DNA of 64,000 nucleotides, taken from the NCBI RefSeq assembly GCF_009914755.1, contig NC_060934.1, one strand, 5' to 3'. This DNA comes from the human T2T-CHM13v2.0 reference genome, Homo sapiens. The translations under genes were made by a program, and so were the position numbers. Every line of letters starts with the position of its first letter. Position 1 is the stretch's first letter. The notes beneath the pieces were generated by a model. That model searched no databases. It saw only the letters and a list, made by a program, of their open reading frames with translations, and was not told the DNA's origin. Below are positions 61,666 to 64,000 of this stretch, piece after piece.

Positions 61666-62364
61666 ATAAATTAATAAAACTACTTCAGTCTCACCTCTCC
61701 CCCACAAAGAACCTTTGTTGGGGACAGCAACTGTCAAGGGGGAAGGATAGAGGCAGAGGAGCATAGGCAAGAAAAAAGAAAAAGATTGAAAGGGGGAGAG
61801 AATAATAGAGAAAGAGGAGTATGTGATTGTGTGTATACATTTATGTTAAATTACAACTATCTGTGGGGAGGTAAAAGATTATAACTTTTTTTGAAAAATG
61901 GGTTCTGGAATCAGACAACCTGCATTTGAGTCTCAGTTTTTCCACTAACTAGCTCTGTAAATTTCAATAACTTACTTAACCTTTCTTTGTATAAAATGGA
62001 TAATAATAGTGTCTACTTCATTATAGTGCCTCCAGTCGTTAACACAGTTCCTGGTATGTGGTGGGTGCCTAATAAAATTTGTTCAGACCTGGTGCGGTGG
62101 TTTACACCTGTAATTCCAGCGTTTTGGGTGGCCAAGGCAGGAGGATCACTTGAGCCCAGGAGGTCAAGACTAGCCTGGGCAACACAGTGAGACCTTGTCT
62201 CTACAAAAAATAAAATTAGCTGCGAATGGTGGCACATGCCCATACTCCCAGCTACTTGGGAAGCTGAGGCTGGAGGATGGCTTAAGCCTCAGAGGTTTAC
62301 GCTTCAGTGAGCCCTGATCACACCACTGCACTGTAGCCTAGGGGACAGAAGGAGATCCTGTCTC

Positions 62365-62570
62365 AGAGACAGAGAGAAAGAAGGAAGGAAGGAAGGAGGG
62401 AGGGAGGGAAGAAGGAAGGAAGGAAGGAAAGAAGGAAAGGAGAAAAGAGAAAGGGAGAAAAGAGAGAAAGGGAGAAGGAAGGAAAGAAGGAAGGAGAAAA
62501 GAAGAAGAAGGAGGAGGAGGAGGGGAGGAGGAGGAGGAGAAGGAGGAAGGAAGGAAGGAAGGAAAAAGAA
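62365..62570 (+). repeat. (GGAA)n/(GGA)n polypurine low-complexity tract at an Alu tail
   Basis: Seen directly. Confidence 0.9.
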
Positions 62571-64000
62571 ATTTGTTTAATAATTGGCTGAGTGAATCAA
62601 TGAATTAATATATAATTTATTTGGAGATTAAATAAGATTATATAATTTTAGTTTGCTAGCACAAACATTCAATAGATGTTGAGTATTACCATCCACATCC
62701 TCTTCAGCCTTTGGACTCCTTCCTGCCTCTGTACCTGTGAACAGGCTACCACTCTGCCTGGAGCACCTTCTACTTCTCCATCTTATTTGTCAAGACCCAG
62801 GTCAAGCAAGCCTCTATAGTCAGCCTTTCCCAGGTGGTCCTTCCCCACATTGCCTGCCTGCTTCCTTCCTATCACTGTAATACGTCTAATGTTCATACCT
62901 AATGACGAGGGGTGTGTAATGGCTTTGTTGATATATAATTCATATACCATAAAATTCACCCATTTAAGGTATACAATTCAGTGGTTTTTAGTACATATTC
63001 ACAGAGTTGTGCAACCATCACCACAATTAATTTAGAATATTTTCAGCCGGGTACAGTGGCTCACATCTATAATCGCAGCACTTCGGGAGGCTGAGGCGGG
63101 AGGATCACTTGAGCTCCAGAGTTCAAGACCAGCTTGGGCAATATATAGTGAGACCCCATCGCTACAAAAAAATCAAACAATTAGCCAGGTGTGGTGGCTC
63201 ACGCCTGTGGTCCCAGCTACTCAGAAGGCTGAGGCGGGAGGATGGCTTGAGACTAGGATGTCAAGGCTGCAGTGAGCTATGATCACACCACTGCATTCCA
63301 ACCTTCTCTAAAAAAAAAAAAAATTGAATATTTTCACCATTTCAGAAGGAAAACCTGTTAACAGTCACTCTACATCTTCTCTCACCTCAACCCAGCCTCT
63401 GGAAATCACGAGTCTACTTTTTGTCACTATAGATTTGCCTATTCTAGACTTTCACATAAATAGAATCATACACTGTTTGTCCTTTTGCGTCTGGCTTCTT
63501 TCACTTAGCATAATGCTTTTAAGGCTTGTCTGTGCTGCGGCATTATCCATGCTTCACTCCTTTTTATAACTGAATAATATTCTGTGGTATGTATACACCA
63601 AATTTTGTTCATCCATTCATTAACCGATGGATATTTGGGGTGTTTACACTTTTTGGCTATTATGGATAATACTCCTACGAATATTTGTGTACAAGTTTTT
63701 CTGTGAATGTATGTTCTCCTGGCTATATATCTAGGAGTGAAATTGCTGGGTCATATGGTAACTCTGTTTAACTTTAAAAATATATATATATATACACATA
63801 TATATTTGTTTTTTCTTTTTAAGAGATAGGGTCTCTTTCTGTCACCCAGGCTGGAGTGCAGTAGTGCAATCACAGCTCGCTGTGACGTTGAACTCCTAAG
63901 CTCAAGTGAGACTCCAGCTTCAGCCTCCCAAGTAGCTAGGACTACCACCATGCTTCGCTAATTTTTTTTGAGATGGAATCATGCTCTGTTCCCCAGGCTG

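Noticed and set aside
62380-62565. GGAA microsatellite as an EWSR1-FLI1 enhancer
   Set aside because: Uninterrupted runs are only about 4-5 units, and there is no other support.

Overview
Alu-dense primate DNA, recognisable as the human 10q22.1 AIFM2-TYSND1-SAR1A region. Three genes lie head-to-tail on the minus strand, each with its own CpG-island promoter. (1) SAR1A (COPII GTPase) is complete: non-coding exon 1 plus 6 coding exons, 198 aa. (2) TYSND1 (peroxisomal serine protease) is complete: 4 coding exons, 566 aa, ending in PTS1 SKL. (3) AIFM2/FSP1 is present as its 5' part: exon 1 plus coding exons 2-4, with the gene running off the left edge. All coding exon boundaries were derived by hand from GT-AG sites and phases add up. 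SAR1A intron 1 holds a nested insertion: a Tigger1 DNA transposon containing a disabled CALM2 retrocopy, a 3x34-bp duplication and a near-consensus AluYa5. Upstream of SAR1A are an LTR40-like LTR, a decayed HMGN2-family retrocopy and an L1M/Alu field. I found no convincing new protein-coding system. The best leads are regulatory or structural: a canonical G-quadruplex repeat in the FSP1 5'UTR, a T26 acceptor tract before an in-frame FSP1 exon, an NRF2-type ARE at the promoter and a second inside an intronic LTR, a sense-oriented THE1 LTR with an intact splice donor upstream of FSP1, an LTR-supplied poly(A) signal for TYSND1, and templated local duplications in AIFM2 intron 1. Repeat subfamily names come from recalled consensus features and need RepeatMasker confirmation.
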